Source: a virus. Taken from it: a DNA stretch of 64,000 bases. A program made the position numbers and the translations under genes. Position 1 is the first letter of the stretch; each line of letters starts with the position of its first letter. The notes below the pieces were generated by a model, which saw only the letters and a list, made by a program, of their open reading frames with translations, had not been told where the DNA came from and did not search any database. Location: positions 6,377 to 70,376 of the IMG/VR virus record IMGVR_UViG_3300038409_000069; one strand, written 5' to 3'. Below, piece after piece: positions 8,159-18,061 of this stretch.

Positions 8159-11100
8159 CTATCGGGTATCCTGGATGAGTAGCTCGCGCGCACTGTCCAG
8201 CGGGTCCTCGGTTACATCTTCCTCGCCCGTCGCAATGTCGGTGAGCGCCTCGCCTGTAATCCACATCTGCCTCGACGGCAGGCCCGCGGCATAGCCCGCA
8301 CTCATCAGGGCTTGCTTGACAACCTCTTCGCTATCGCCGCGCTGGGCTGCCTGCGTCAGCTTGATCGGCGCTTCGATAGCAGCTTGCGCAGGCGTGGCCT
8401 TGTAATCATAGCCTGTCACAGCCGCGTTGAGCGCATCGCGAACGATAGGGATACCCTGGAGCGGATAGAGCGCGACTTCCAAGGCGACGCGTGTGTTGCG
8501 CTCCTCATCGTCTTCATCGTCCTGCGGCTCGAGCCGGCCATAAAACCACATGGTAGCGAGCGCCGGCAGGAACCAGACGAAGGCCATGTTGGCCGCGAAG
8601 CGCGCCGGGCTGATCTTGCCGGCCAGCACGCCAGGGATTTGCTCGACGAACATCTGGTTATAAAACGAGTTCGCCCACGACATAAAAAGCGTGGCGAGGC
8701 GCCAGAACTGGTTGTCGTTGGCGAGGATCGATGCAAGGTCTTTCGGGGCGCCGCCGGACTGCGTAGTCCTGACGATGCTATCCGCATGCTCGACGGCAGC
8801 GGCTTCATCGCCTTGCTCAATTCCAGGAACCTTGCCGGCGAGAGCCGTTTCATAGCCAGCGAGCCACGCAGGGCCAGCAACCGCCATGTCCATGAGCTGA
8901 GACAGGATCATCATCTTGTCCTGCGCCGCCTTCGGGACCTGAGGCAGGATGCCGGGACGCTCGCCGAGTTTCGTCGCCATTGCATCGCGGACGTCCCGAT
9001 CAAAGTTCGCCATCCGATGCTTCATGAAGTCGGAGCGGTCGAAGATGAATTGGAAGCGGGCCGGCAGCGTCTCCGGGGCGCCGAACAGGCGCGCGGTCTG
9101 CCTCGCCAGGAACTCAGGATAGTCGCGCGCGATCGTTATGCCCTTCTGCTTGAGCATCGGCAGGATGCCAGTTCGTGGGATGGCGTTGAGCGCGCCCAGT
9201 TCTTGAATCAGCGCAGTCGTGATCTTGATGCCCATGGACACGACGGTCGCATTGTTGCGCACCTTGGCGACGACGCGCTCCCAGGAATCCATCACGCGCG
9301 GCTGGGGCTGCTCGACCTTCGAGACCCAATTGTCGAGCACCTTGACGCCCCATGGCCCGAGGACGCCGCTCACCGCAGCCGCCACGCGCTCCGAGGCAAT
9401 CAACCTGCGGGCGTCGATGATGAGCTCGCGATGCGTCAGATCGTGGACGGTTTCCTCGACGTGCTCGGAAATAACCGAGATGGGATCGAGGCGGAACGCT
9501 TGACCGGCCGTGCCGCGGCGCTGCTTGAGGCGCCCGCGCTTGGTTCCGATCTGGCGATAGGAGCCGCCCGATATTTGCTCGACGGCTTCCTTCGCCTCGC
9601 GCTTGGCTGCTCGCCGCGATCGCGTTGCATCGAACTTGACCGGAAAATAGCCGCCGCGGAACGTTCCGAAGCGCGTTTGAACGGGGAGCGGCTCCACTTC
9701 CTCCGGGCGCACGCCGCGGACGCGCTCGTCGAGCGCGAAGCTCTCGGCCTTGAACGATTCGAGGAAGTCCCACACGGACTGCACGAAATTCCAGTCACGC
9801 TGATCCAAGCGCCTGAGCACAGCTTGAAGCTGATCTTCCGACCAGTTGAAGCCCTCCATCATGTGTTCGCGGTTGTAGGCGTTTCCGACGTTCAGCGCGA
9901 CGCCGATCTGTTGCAGCTTCGTCAGGTTGTCAGCGATCTCCGGGATGAACTCCTTTTTGAGGAGCATCCGGCCAAGCTCTTTCTTGGAATAGACCGACAG
10001 GATGTCCTTGAAGCGCTGCGTCTCTGTAACCAGGCGCTCGGTCTTGGCCGACTCGGCGCGCTGTGCGGCGGGAATGAATGCCGAGAACCACGGGCCGTTG
10101 GCCTTGAGTCCGTCCATGAAGCGGAAGAGCTGTTCGGCCTTCACCATGGATCCGTGAATGTCCATGACGAGATCGACAGCCCGCTCGAAGCGCGAGCGGG
10201 AGGCGAGCGACCGCACGATATGAGCGCGCTTCGGGTATTCCTGTTCAGCCTGGACGACGAGCCCTTCGATCACTTCGTTGAGCTGGCGGTTCTTGCGATC
10301 GGTCAGAACCTTGTTCCAGCGACGCCCGAGCTGGTCGAAGTTCGACACAACATCGCGCAAGCCGCGAACCTCTTCCATGCTGAGCGAATTGAAGGGCCGG
10401 CGCCTGATGGCTTCGAGAAAAGCCGGGTCCATCTCGACGATGTCGTCAACGTCGATGCCTTCGTTTTCCAGTTCAGTCAGGTAGTCCCGGAACGAAGCGC
10501 GGGCGCGCGCGCCAGGATAGGGCTTCGCGCGCAAGTCCACCGCTTCGAGAACCTGATCGATCTGGTCGAGATGGCGACCGCCGCCGGGCAGGAACGCCTT
10601 GCGGGTTCCCTCGTTGTCAAACTTGCGCAGGTAGCGCCGAATCCGGTCGGCTTCATCCGCTGCGGCCCGCGCCAGCCGATACATCCAGAAGCTCGCCAGT
10701 TGCCGCGATTTATGCAACGACGCCTGCGCGTGATCGCCCTTTGCAAGGGCTTCCATGGCATTCCTCGCGGCCCGCCGTTCGCCCGCCAAGAACTTGTCAT
10801 ACGAGCGAACTTCACGCACGCTCATATTATTGACGGCGCGCTCTGCAAACTGTCTTGCGGCCCTGTTCGCCGGCGTCACCCGTCCGCCGGCGGCCTGTTG
10901 GATCGCGGCGAACTCAAGTTCAAGGACGCGGGCCTGGGCCTCTGTATTCGCCGCCGCGCGCGCCGCTTCGGCGATGGTTCCATCGCGTAGCGGATCCCCA
11001 TACTCTGCCTCGAGGCGGGCGTCGATGCCTTCTTCGATCGCCTGCGCCCGCGGCTTCAGGCCGCGCAAAGCTTGGATGAGTTCGTCGCCCGATGAAAACC

Positions 11101-14100
11101 CGAACCAGGTCGCCGCGAGATCGGCCGAAACCGAATCCCCGCTCTCCGCCTCCCGGTCGAGCGCCGCCGCGATCTGCTCGCGGATTTCGTCCTTGTTCTT
11201 GGTGAGATCGATCCCGCGGCTTTCGAACCATCGGCGCATGTCGTCGCGTCTCTGGTTTTGCTCAACCGCAGCCTCATCGTCTACCGAATAGACGGCTCTC
11301 TCTCCCTTTATGTCGGAGATGAGGGTCTTGATGAATTCTTCCAGGGTTGGGCGTTCAGGGCCGGCAAACAATTCGTCTTGCGCCAGCTCAACCGGGTCGT
11401 TGATGACAAGCGTCCCGTTGCTCCGGCGCATGAAGTTCTGCGGACCAAGGTCGAAGAAGTAGCGCGGGGCATCCGCTGGCAGAGTCTCGCGCAGGTATGC
11501 GCGCAGCGCATCCATCGCCTGAAGGATGGACTTGCGTTGCGGATCGTTCTCCGCCAAGCCTGTGATAAAGAACCGGCCGTTCTCAACACCCACGCGGGCG
11601 CGTGTTTGGTTCTCTTCCAGCCGTTCAGTGCTGAAGCGGATGCCGGACTCCATCGAAGCCGCTTCGCCAGGGTTCGGCAAATGCTTGGCGTAAGGGGCGC
11701 CCTCGGCATGAGCTTGACGCGCGAAGTCGAGAAATGCACCCGTCACCATATCGGGGCGCATTTCAACGAAGACCGAGCGAGGGTCATTCGGATCAGCGAA
11801 GACGGATTTGGATCGCCCGCGCCCGATCCGTTCGGGGCCGGCGAATAGTTCGTCTTGGGAGAGTTCTTGGGGGCCGACAACTTGCAGGCCGCGTCCTTCG
11901 AGGATTTCCAAGGCCCGCTCGTGGTTTGCAATTTCCCGTTGGCGAGCGCCGTAGGAACTGGACTTCGGGTTCTGTGCCGTAGACCGCGATCCCAGCCATT
12001 CGATCTGCGCGCGCATCGCTTCTACGGCGGCAGTTCTGTTGCCATGATCGTCCAGGTATTCGCGCACAAGGTCGGCCGGACGGCCCAGCATGCCCTTGTT
12101 CTTCTCGACGAACTCGCGCAGCGTTTGGTCTGTGATTGCAGCCTCGTATGAGGTGCGGATCGGTTTCTGCGTGGCCTCCCTTGAAGCCGTTTGTTCGGTG
12201 CGCCGCGGAAACGGGATGACATTCGAATCGTCGCCCTCTTGGAAAAGTCGCCCCCCCTTCGCCGGCTTCACCCCAAAGTACCCAGCCTCAAACGCTCTTT
12301 CTGCAAGAGCATCCGGATCGAGCCCGCTTTCGTTGTTGATGAGGCCCGGCCTTGCGCGAGGATCGCCGAGGGCTTGCCTGATTTCTCCGCCGGTGTCTTT
12401 GATGCCGCCTTGGGCGCGGACCCATGCTCCAAGTCTGAGGGCCGTCTTGCGCTTGCCTTGCTTCTTCAGAGCCATTGCATCGGCGAGGACTCTTTCGATG
12501 TCCTCAGGACGTGCAGGACGCAATGCGGGCGGCAATTCATTCAGGATGTTTTCGCCGTAGTCGTCGACGAGAGCTTGCGCGGAGAGCTTCATCGGCGGAA
12601 GGTCTTCGGGCTTCGCTTCCTCTCCGGTCGGGGCGACGACGTTGCCGTCTTCGTCCGTCTCTTGCGGAAGATCGCGCCATTCGCCAAAGGCGAGCCAGTC
12701 ATGCGCTCGGCGCGCCGGATCGCTGTCCACCTCCCGCTCAATCGCCGGACGAATGCGCGCCCGTTCTGAGCGCCACCAGCGCTTTTGCTTTCTGGTATAT
12801 GTCTCCATGACGCGGGCGCGAAGTTCTGCCTCTTGGGCTTCTCTGGCGCCTGCGATGGCGTTCTGATAGTCTGCCCAAGCCGCTTCGCTCAATCCGCTTT
12901 CTTCGCGCGTTGCGAAGATCGGACGATCGACGCCGGCCGCTGCTCTCGCCTCCGCCATCTCTTGTTCGGTTGCGAGAAGCCTGTCGAATACATCCCTGAT
13001 CTGGGGATTGAGGTTCGCATCAAGGCGCATCACCGAGCGGTAGATTTGCAGGAGCCACGCCTTGAACGCGGCGAAGGCTTCGCGCAAGCCGAGGCTTGGC
13101 GCTTTGCCTTCCATAAGGTAGGCTTCGAACGTGCGCGCCCACAATTCGTGGTAGTCGCGCCGCTGTTCGAGCGTCATGCTCTCCCACTGGCCCGGCTGCA
13201 AACCGAACCAGTTCTGTGTCGATGCCCACATGTCCTTGAGTTCTTGCGGGGCTTGCTCATCCAGAGAAACCGCCTGCAATATCTCGAGGAACAGGTGGCC
13301 GGATTCGTGCAGGAAGGTCGAGAGATCGGAGGCTTCGAAAAGGTTGATGGTCGCTTGGCGGAGGCTTCCGTCTGTGGCGAAGCGGTCCAGCAAGATAGAG
13401 CCCCTCTTCCCTTCCTGCGAGCGGGACTGAAACAGCGGCATCCCCTCTTTCAGGACGCGCTCTTTCATTTGGGGGGTGAGGTCGAGGACGTAGGCGGAGG
13501 CTTGAGAACGTTCCTCGGGCCCTCTTACATAGCCATCACGGAGCCGGCCTCTCCCCTGGATATCGCGCAGCGTCGCGGCGGCCTCCTCGCGCGTCGCAAA
13601 GTTCTGACCATAAGCCGGGCCCTGCGTATCCCAAATCGCGAAAGGCGCTCCCGGATCATTGGTCGCATTTCGATCTGTCCGACCGAATTGAACGCTCCCC
13701 TCCCTCACCTCCCCGCCCATCGCATGCGCCACTTTCTTCACAGCGCCAAGGACGTTCGTGTCATAGTGAGATGCGGCTGAGTCGTTGCCCTGGATCAGCT
13801 TTGAAGTTTCACCAGTCGGAAACGACACACTATCGAACCCATCCCTTGCGGCTCTATAGATGATCGCTCTTACGGCTGCGCCGGTCCAGGCTGAGGTTTT
13901 GGAGGCGAGGGGGGCGCGGACGAATTCCGAGCTTCTCCATTGCTGCAATCGTGCTTCAAGTTCCGCGCGAGTGTTGCTATGCGGCTGCTGCGCGGCCTCG
14001 TCCGCAGTTAGAGGCTTGAAGGTGCCGCTCTCGAAAAACTGCGTAGAGGGGTTGTCGGCAAGGACTTTCTGCAAGGTTTCGATTGTGTCCTTGACGGCCC

Positions 14101-17100
14101 GCGCCTGCTGCCCCAAATCGCTTTGCACCTCCCCCCCGAACAGCGTCCTTTGTCCCTTGTCGTCTATACGCTCTTCGCCTCTTACTGAGACCAGGACGCC
14201 TAGGTCGTTTGAGGGGGGGCGGGACCAGTGGGATTGGAAGTCGGAGCCGGGCATCTTCGGAAGGTTCCGCAGCTCTTCGTAAATCTGCGCGCTGCGCTCG
14301 GTGAGTTCCTTGCTCGGCGGCTTGTCGGCATTCTCCGCCAACTCGCGCAAGAGCGCCGCTTGTCGTTGCTCTGTCTCCCCACTGAACTCCGGAATCTTCA
14401 GCCTCAGCTCAAACACCGGCTCATCCCCAGGAAGACGGAGATCGCCGGGGCCGCGGCGGATGCCTGCTTCTTGGAATGAGCGGATTTGTTCGGCAGTGCG
14501 AGGCCCGGCAAAATTGAAGCCCATGTCTTCGGGGGCCAGGACGTCGAACATTTCCTCTTCATAGTCCGCCTGTTCGATGGCGTCGCGATTGCGCGGGTCC
14601 ACGTACTCCTCAAGCGTCATCGGTTCGCGTCGGGTTTGCGCCCTCGGATCAAACCGATTAAACGCCTCATTGAGCACAAGCCTATTTGCGCGTATGTGAT
14701 AGAGAAGTTCTTCTTTCGTGACGGACTTCCGCGAGCGGAATTCATCCAGCCCGAGGAACTTCATTTCATCCGCTACGCGACCCGTAAAGCCTGTGACGCC
14801 TCTCGCCTTGGCGATCCTGTTCAGGGCCTCCTCTCCACGCATGGCGCGATCGGGAAGCGCTTTCGCAGCCTCAAGGGCTACGGACATGAAGCCTAGGGCG
14901 TCGAGTTCCCGCTGGGTTTGGAAGAGTTCGCCGCCTTCTGTTCCTGGGCCTCCCTCTCCCACCGATCCGCCAGTTCGTTGGCCTCCTCCTCGGTCAGAAA
15001 CCCGAGCGGGTCGGAGCGCCTCGACCTTTTCGTAGAAGGCGTTGTCTCTGGCGGCGAGTTGCTTGTCACTAGCCCGCTCCTTCTCGAAAGTGTCCGATGG
15101 AAGGTTTCCAAGATACAGGATTTCGCCGTTCGGCGATACGTCCACGTCATCGCGAAGGATGTAGATGGAATCCTCTTCCGGAACGTCCTTGATGTGGTAG
15201 CCTTCCGGCAACGGCCTGCGGCCCAGGAATGCGAGGTAGGCCCGGCGGTGAGCCTCAGTCTGTGGAGTGAAGACATAGGCGCCGCGTTGCATATCGGCCA
15301 TGTCCTGCAAGAGGATGTCAGCAACGCCGTCGAAAATCGCCTTGAGTCCGCTCAAGCCGAACTTTTCCGCGCCCCGCTCGTACATCCGCTCATGGCGGCG
15401 CAGGCGCCCCAGGAACGTCCAGTCAACAGCAGCAGCGTGGCCGTTCTCAGGCTCGGGCGCAATCTGAACGATGACGTGCTCGTTGCCAACCGCAAAGCCA
15501 TAGCGGCGGGCCGTCTTGGCTTCTCCCGGAATCGGCTCGGAAACGACATCCTCCGGCGCAAGCGCGGCTTGGTCAAGTTCCCCGCCTTCTTCGTTCATAA
15601 CGCCGCGCAGAACGCTGTCAGCCGGCCCTACGTTGCCGGCTTCAGCCTGCCTTGCCCGGGCCTCCTCCTCCCGCGCAAAGCGCACCAGGGCGCGCTGCAC
15701 CGGCGTGCGCTCGGTATGCGGCGTCGCCAGAGCCTGCTGTGTCGCGGCTTCCCATTCTGGCGTCTCAGGCTCCGGCAATTGCGCCGGCGGCTCTGTGCGG
15801 CCCGTGCTGAATTGGCGGCGCGCATCGGCCGGGGCGCCGCGCTCCAGCGTCCGCTCCTGAATTTCCCGCATCGCTTCGCCGGCGCGCTCGGCGGCGGAGC
15901 GGACGCGTTCGGATTCGTCAAAGTCGGCCTGCTCCAGTTCCTGCGCGTCGGCGGCTTCCTCTTCGGCGAGGATTGCATCGAAGCGCTCGCGGGGCGTCGG
16001 CTCCGGGCGCATCGGCTGCGCGCCTTTCAGCGCGGGAGCCGCTTCGTCTTCCTGCGCCGGGCCGCGGACATTGAAGCCCTCTCCGAACAGGGTTCGCAAG
16101 AACTTCTCGGTCCGCTGCGCATAGTCGCCCTGCCCTTTGCGAGAAAGCGCCTGGATGGCGCGGGCCAGAGCGCCGTACATTTTCGCGTACCGTGCATTGA
16201 CTTGCGGGCTGGTTCCGCCTTCACGGTAGGCTTGATCCAGAAGTTCGCGGACTCGGGCTTCGACGACGGCGCCAATCTCGTCGTCGCTCTGCGCGATCTG
16301 GGCTTCGTTGGCAATATCCTCAACGCGCTTGCGGATCACTTCGATTTGGGCTTCGCGTTCGGCCGGCGTCGCCTCGTTCGGCGAGCGCCGAGCGAAGTTC
16401 TGAAGCGATGCATGCGCGGGAACGCGCAGCACGCGCGCCGCGAATGTTCCGCTCGGCATCGAGACTTGGGCGTGTGCGGCAAGCGCCTGTTCAAGCCTTT
16501 CGGCGCCGATGCCGAGTTGATCGGCGACGGTGAATGGATCGGCGCCCGCCGACTGGAAGTGCTCGACGAAGCGGTCCGCATCGATGAACACTTCGCTCGG
16601 GTCCATCTCATTGACGGCGCCTTCGAGCGCGGACGGAAGCCGCTGGCCAAGTGCAGACTTGCGCGCCGCTTCGGTCTGCTGTTCGAACAGCGCGGCGTTG
16701 CGGTCAGCCGCGGCGACTTCGCGAAGGTCGAGCCCGAGATTGACGCTCGACGGGATTGCCGCAAAGCCTATGCCGCCCTGCGCGCCGATATAGCCGGCGC
16801 GCAGAATTTGCTCGATCGCTTCGGGCGTGAAGACCTTGCTCCACGCCGTCGCCGCGTCGCCCTCGCCTGCGCCCCGCTCCGTCTCCTGCTGGGCAAGGTC
16901 CTGGTGGATGATTTGGGCAAGCTGTTGCGAGGCTTCCTCGACGCCCTGATCGACGGACGTGGCTGCAACGTCCGCCAGCGCCCGCCTGTAAGCCGGCGCA
17001 GCGCCCGGGCGGACGATGCCGCGTCCGGCGATCGCGCGCGCCCCGAGCCGCCCAAGGCCTGATAGGCGCAGCCCCAGCGCATCGCCGACGAATTCGAGCG

Positions 17101-18061
17101 CCGTCGCCCAGGCGCCATAGGCTTCAGCCTGCCTCGCCGCTGCGTCAGGATCAGCGCCGGCGCGCAGAAACTCGACGTAGGCCTGTCCCGTCTCCTGCTC
17201 GTTTCCGAACGACAGGTAGCCGCCGGCGAAGCCGCCGAAGCCTCCGATGGCGGAGCTGACGCCGGCGATCGGCGCGACCAGAGCGGCCCTTCCTGCTTCG
17301 CCTGCATCTCCAGCCAGCACCTTGCGCGCAATCTCGCGGCGCTCGGCTTCGTTGCCGTAGGAGCCGGAAAACGCTTCGTCTGTTCTGCGGGCCGCCTGCC
17401 GGCCAGCCCGTTCGAGCGAACCGAGCACCTGCGGCGCGAGCCGTGCGGTCGGCCCTAGGATGAACGGACCCCAATCGTCGCCGCCCTCGCGGGCCTGGAG
17501 TTCGTCAAGCCTCGCTTGCTCTTCGGCCGTGAGCGCCGGCCCCCTGCCGCGCTGCGCCTGATACGAGCGATAGCCGAGCTTGCCGAGCTCGACGTCGAGC
17601 TGGCCTTGGCGGAATTGCGGACGCGGATCAATCCCGCCGCGGCGCAGCGGCTCAAGAACCAAGCCCGGCGAGAACAGGACGCCAGCTTGCAGCGCGATTT
17701 GCTGCGCCGTTGGATCGCGCGCAAGCCTTTCGAAGATCGACAGCGTTTCTACGTCATCACGGGCGACTGCAATGTTGTTCTGGTTTTCAAGCCAGCGCCG
17801 CAAGCGCGGACTAGTCTCTGTCTGTTGCTCAATGCGCTGCGCTTCGGCGGCGCGCGAGAAGACATCGCGATATGTCGTGACGGCTTGCCGCGGCTGACGC
17901 ACGATTTCGCCGATTTGCGCATCGACGGCGGCCTCGTCAGGCGTTTGCACTTCCTGCGTCAGATTGCGATGGATGGGCGACGGCAAGGCGCCCTCGCGGT
18001 CCTCGCGCTCTTCGTCGGATTCGAGCGGATGCGTGTCGAGCCATTCCGAGAGCGTCGTCAT
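8159..18061 (-). CDS. giant internal virion/DNA-ejection polyvalent protein (3300 aa)
   Basis: Sits after the tail tubular and internal proteins; HExxH metallopeptidase motif STFLHESGH...HELWARTFEAYL; embedded kinase-like domain; Gly/Ala-rich membrane-like segments. Confidence 0.85.
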   Translation of the reverse strand: MTTLSEWLDTHPLESDEEREDREGALPSPIHRNLTQEVQTPDEAAVDAQIGEIVRQPRQAVTTYRDVFSRAAEAQRIEQQTETSPRLRRWLENQNNIAVARDDVETLSIFERLARDPTAQQIALQAGVLFSPGLVLEPLRRGGIDPRPQFRQGQLDVELGKLGYRSYQAQRGRGPALTAEEQARLDELQAREGGDDWGPFILGPTARLAPQVLGSLERAGRQAARRTDEAFSGSYGNEAERREIARKVLAGDAGEAGRAALVAPIAGVSSAIGGFGGFAGGYLSFGNEQETGQAYVEFLRAGADPDAAARQAEAYGAWATALEFVGDALGLRLSGLGRLGARAIAGRGIVRPGAAPAYRRALADVAATSVDQGVEEASQQLAQIIHQDLAQQETERGAGEGDAATAWSKVFTPEAIEQILRAGYIGAQGGIGFAAIPSSVNLGLDLREVAAADRNAALFEQQTEAARKSALGQRLPSALEGAVNEMDPSEVFIDADRFVEHFQSAGADPFTVADQLGIGAERLEQALAAHAQVSMPSGTFAARVLRVPAHASLQNFARRSPNEATPAEREAQIEVIRKRVEDIANEAQIAQSDDEIGAVVEARVRELLDQAYREGGTSPQVNARYAKMYGALARAIQALSRKGQGDYAQRTEKFLRTLFGEGFNVRGPAQEDEAAPALKGAQPMRPEPTPRERFDAILAEEEAADAQELEQADFDESERVRSAAERAGEAMREIQERTLERGAPADARRQFSTGRTEPPAQLPEPETPEWEAATQQALATPHTERTPVQRALVRFAREEEARARQAEAGNVGPADSVLRGVMNEEGGELDQAALAPEDVVSEPIPGEAKTARRYGFAVGNEHVIVQIAPEPENGHAAAVDWTFLGRLRRHERMYERGAEKFGLSGLKAIFDGVADILLQDMADMQRGAYVFTPQTEAHRRAYLAFLGRRPLPEGYHIKDVPEEDSIYILRDDVDVSPNGEILYLGNLPSDTFEKERASDKQLAARDNAFYEKVEALRPARVSDRGGGQRTGGSVGEGGPGTEGGELFQTQRELDALGFMSVALEAAKALPDRAMRGEEALNRIAKARGVTGFTGRVADEMKFLGLDEFRSRKSVTKEELLYHIRANRLVLNEAFNRFDPRAQTRREPMTLEEYVDPRNRDAIEQADYEEEMFDVLAPEDMGFNFAGPRTAEQIRSFQEAGIRRGPGDLRLPGDEPVFELRLKIPEFSGETEQRQAALLRELAENADKPPSKELTERSAQIYEELRNLPKMPGSDFQSHWSRPPSNDLGVLVSVRGEERIDDKGQRTLFGGEVQSDLGQQARAVKDTIETLQKVLADNPSTQFFESGTFKPLTADEAAQQPHSNTRAELEARLQQWRSSEFVRAPLASKTSAWTGAAVRAIIYRAARDGFDSVSFPTGETSKLIQGNDSAASHYDTNVLGAVKKVAHAMGGEVREGSVQFGRTDRNATNDPGAPFAIWDTQGPAYGQNFATREEAAATLRDIQGRGRLRDGYVRGPEERSQASAYVLDLTPQMKERVLKEGMPLFQSRSQEGKRGSILLDRFATDGSLRQATINLFEASDLSTFLHESGHLFLEILQAVSLDEQAPQELKDMWASTQNWFGLQPGQWESMTLEQRRDYHELWARTFEAYLMEGKAPSLGLREAFAAFKAWLLQIYRSVMRLDANLNPQIRDVFDRLLATEQEMAEARAAAGVDRPIFATREESGLSEAAWADYQNAIAGAREAQEAELRARVMETYTRKQKRWWRSERARIRPAIEREVDSDPARRAHDWLAFGEWRDLPQETDEDGNVVAPTGEEAKPEDLPPMKLSAQALVDDYGENILNELPPALRPARPEDIERVLADAMALKKQGKRKTALRLGAWVRAQGGIKDTGGEIRQALGDPRARPGLINNESGLDPDALAERAFEAGYFGVKPAKGGRLFQEGDDSNVIPFPRRTEQTASREATQKPIRTSYEAAITDQTLREFVEKNKGMLGRPADLVREYLDDHGNRTAAVEAMRAQIEWLGSRSTAQNPKSSSYGARQREIANHERALEILEGRGLQVVGPQELSQDELFAGPERIGRGRSKSVFADPNDPRSVFVEMRPDMVTGAFLDFARQAHAEGAPYAKHLPNPGEAASMESGIRFSTERLEENQTRARVGVENGRFFITGLAENDPQRKSILQAMDALRAYLRETLPADAPRYFFDLGPQNFMRRSNGTLVINDPVELAQDELFAGPERPTLEEFIKTLISDIKGERAVYSVDDEAAVEQNQRRDDMRRWFESRGIDLTKNKDEIREQIAAALDREAESGDSVSADLAATWFGFSSGDELIQALRGLKPRAQAIEEGIDARLEAEYGDPLRDGTIAEAARAAANTEAQARVLELEFAAIQQAAGGRVTPANRAARQFAERAVNNMSVREVRSYDKFLAGERRAARNAMEALAKGDHAQASLHKSRQLASFWMYRLARAAADEADRIRRYLRKFDNEGTRKAFLPGGGRHLDQIDQVLEAVDLRAKPYPGARARASFRDYLTELENEGIDVDDIVEMDPAFLEAIRRRPFNSLSMEEVRGLRDVVSNFDQLGRRWNKVLTDRKNRQLNEVIEGLVVQAEQEYPKRAHIVRSLASRSRFERAVDLVMDIHGSMVKAEQLFRFMDGLKANGPWFSAFIPAAQRAESAKTERLVTETQRFKDILSVYSKKELGRMLLKKEFIPEIADNLTKLQQIGVALNVGNAYNREHMMEGFNWSEDQLQAVLRRLDQRDWNFVQSVWDFLESFKAESFALDERVRGVRPEEVEPLPVQTRFGTFRGGYFPVKFDATRSRRAAKREAKEAVEQISGGSYRQIGTKRGRLKQRRGTAGQAFRLDPISVISEHVEETVHDLTHRELIIDARRLIASERVAAAVSGVLGPWGVKVLDNWVSKVEQPQPRVMDSWERVVAKVRNNATVVSMGIKITTALIQELGALNAIPRTGILPMLKQKGITIARDYPEFLARQTARLFGAPETLPARFQFIFDRSDFMKHRMANFDRDVRDAMATKLGERPGILPQVPKAAQDKMMILSQLMDMAVAGPAWLAGYETALAGKVPGIEQGDEAAAVEHADSIVRTTQSGGAPKDLASILANDNQFWRLATLFMSWANSFYNQMFVEQIPGVLAGKISPARFAANMAFVWFLPALATMWFYGRLEPQDDEDDEERNTRVALEVALYPLQGIPIVRDALNAAVTGYDYKATPAQAAIEAPIKLTQAAQRGDSEEVVKQALMSAGYAAGLPSRQMWITGEALTDIATGEEDVTEDPLDSARELLIQDTR
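11351..11866 (-). repeat. direct repeat pair (EL[S/A]QDELFAGPER) flanking the kinase-like domain
   Basis: Copies at 11351-11389 and 11828-11866 encode nearly identical 13-aa peptides with synonymous differences. Confidence 0.85.
11390..11827 (-). other. protein-kinase-like domain (T7 gp0.7-like) inside the giant protein
   Basis: IGRGRSKSVF Gly loop; FDLGPQNFM catalytic loop; VINDPV metal-binding motif. Confidence 0.65.

Noticed and set aside
8312-17062. Long plus-strand ORFs (8312-10990, 12785-13780, 14918-17062)
   Set aside because: Antisense shadows of the 3300-aa gene, expected with high-GC codon usage; no motifs.
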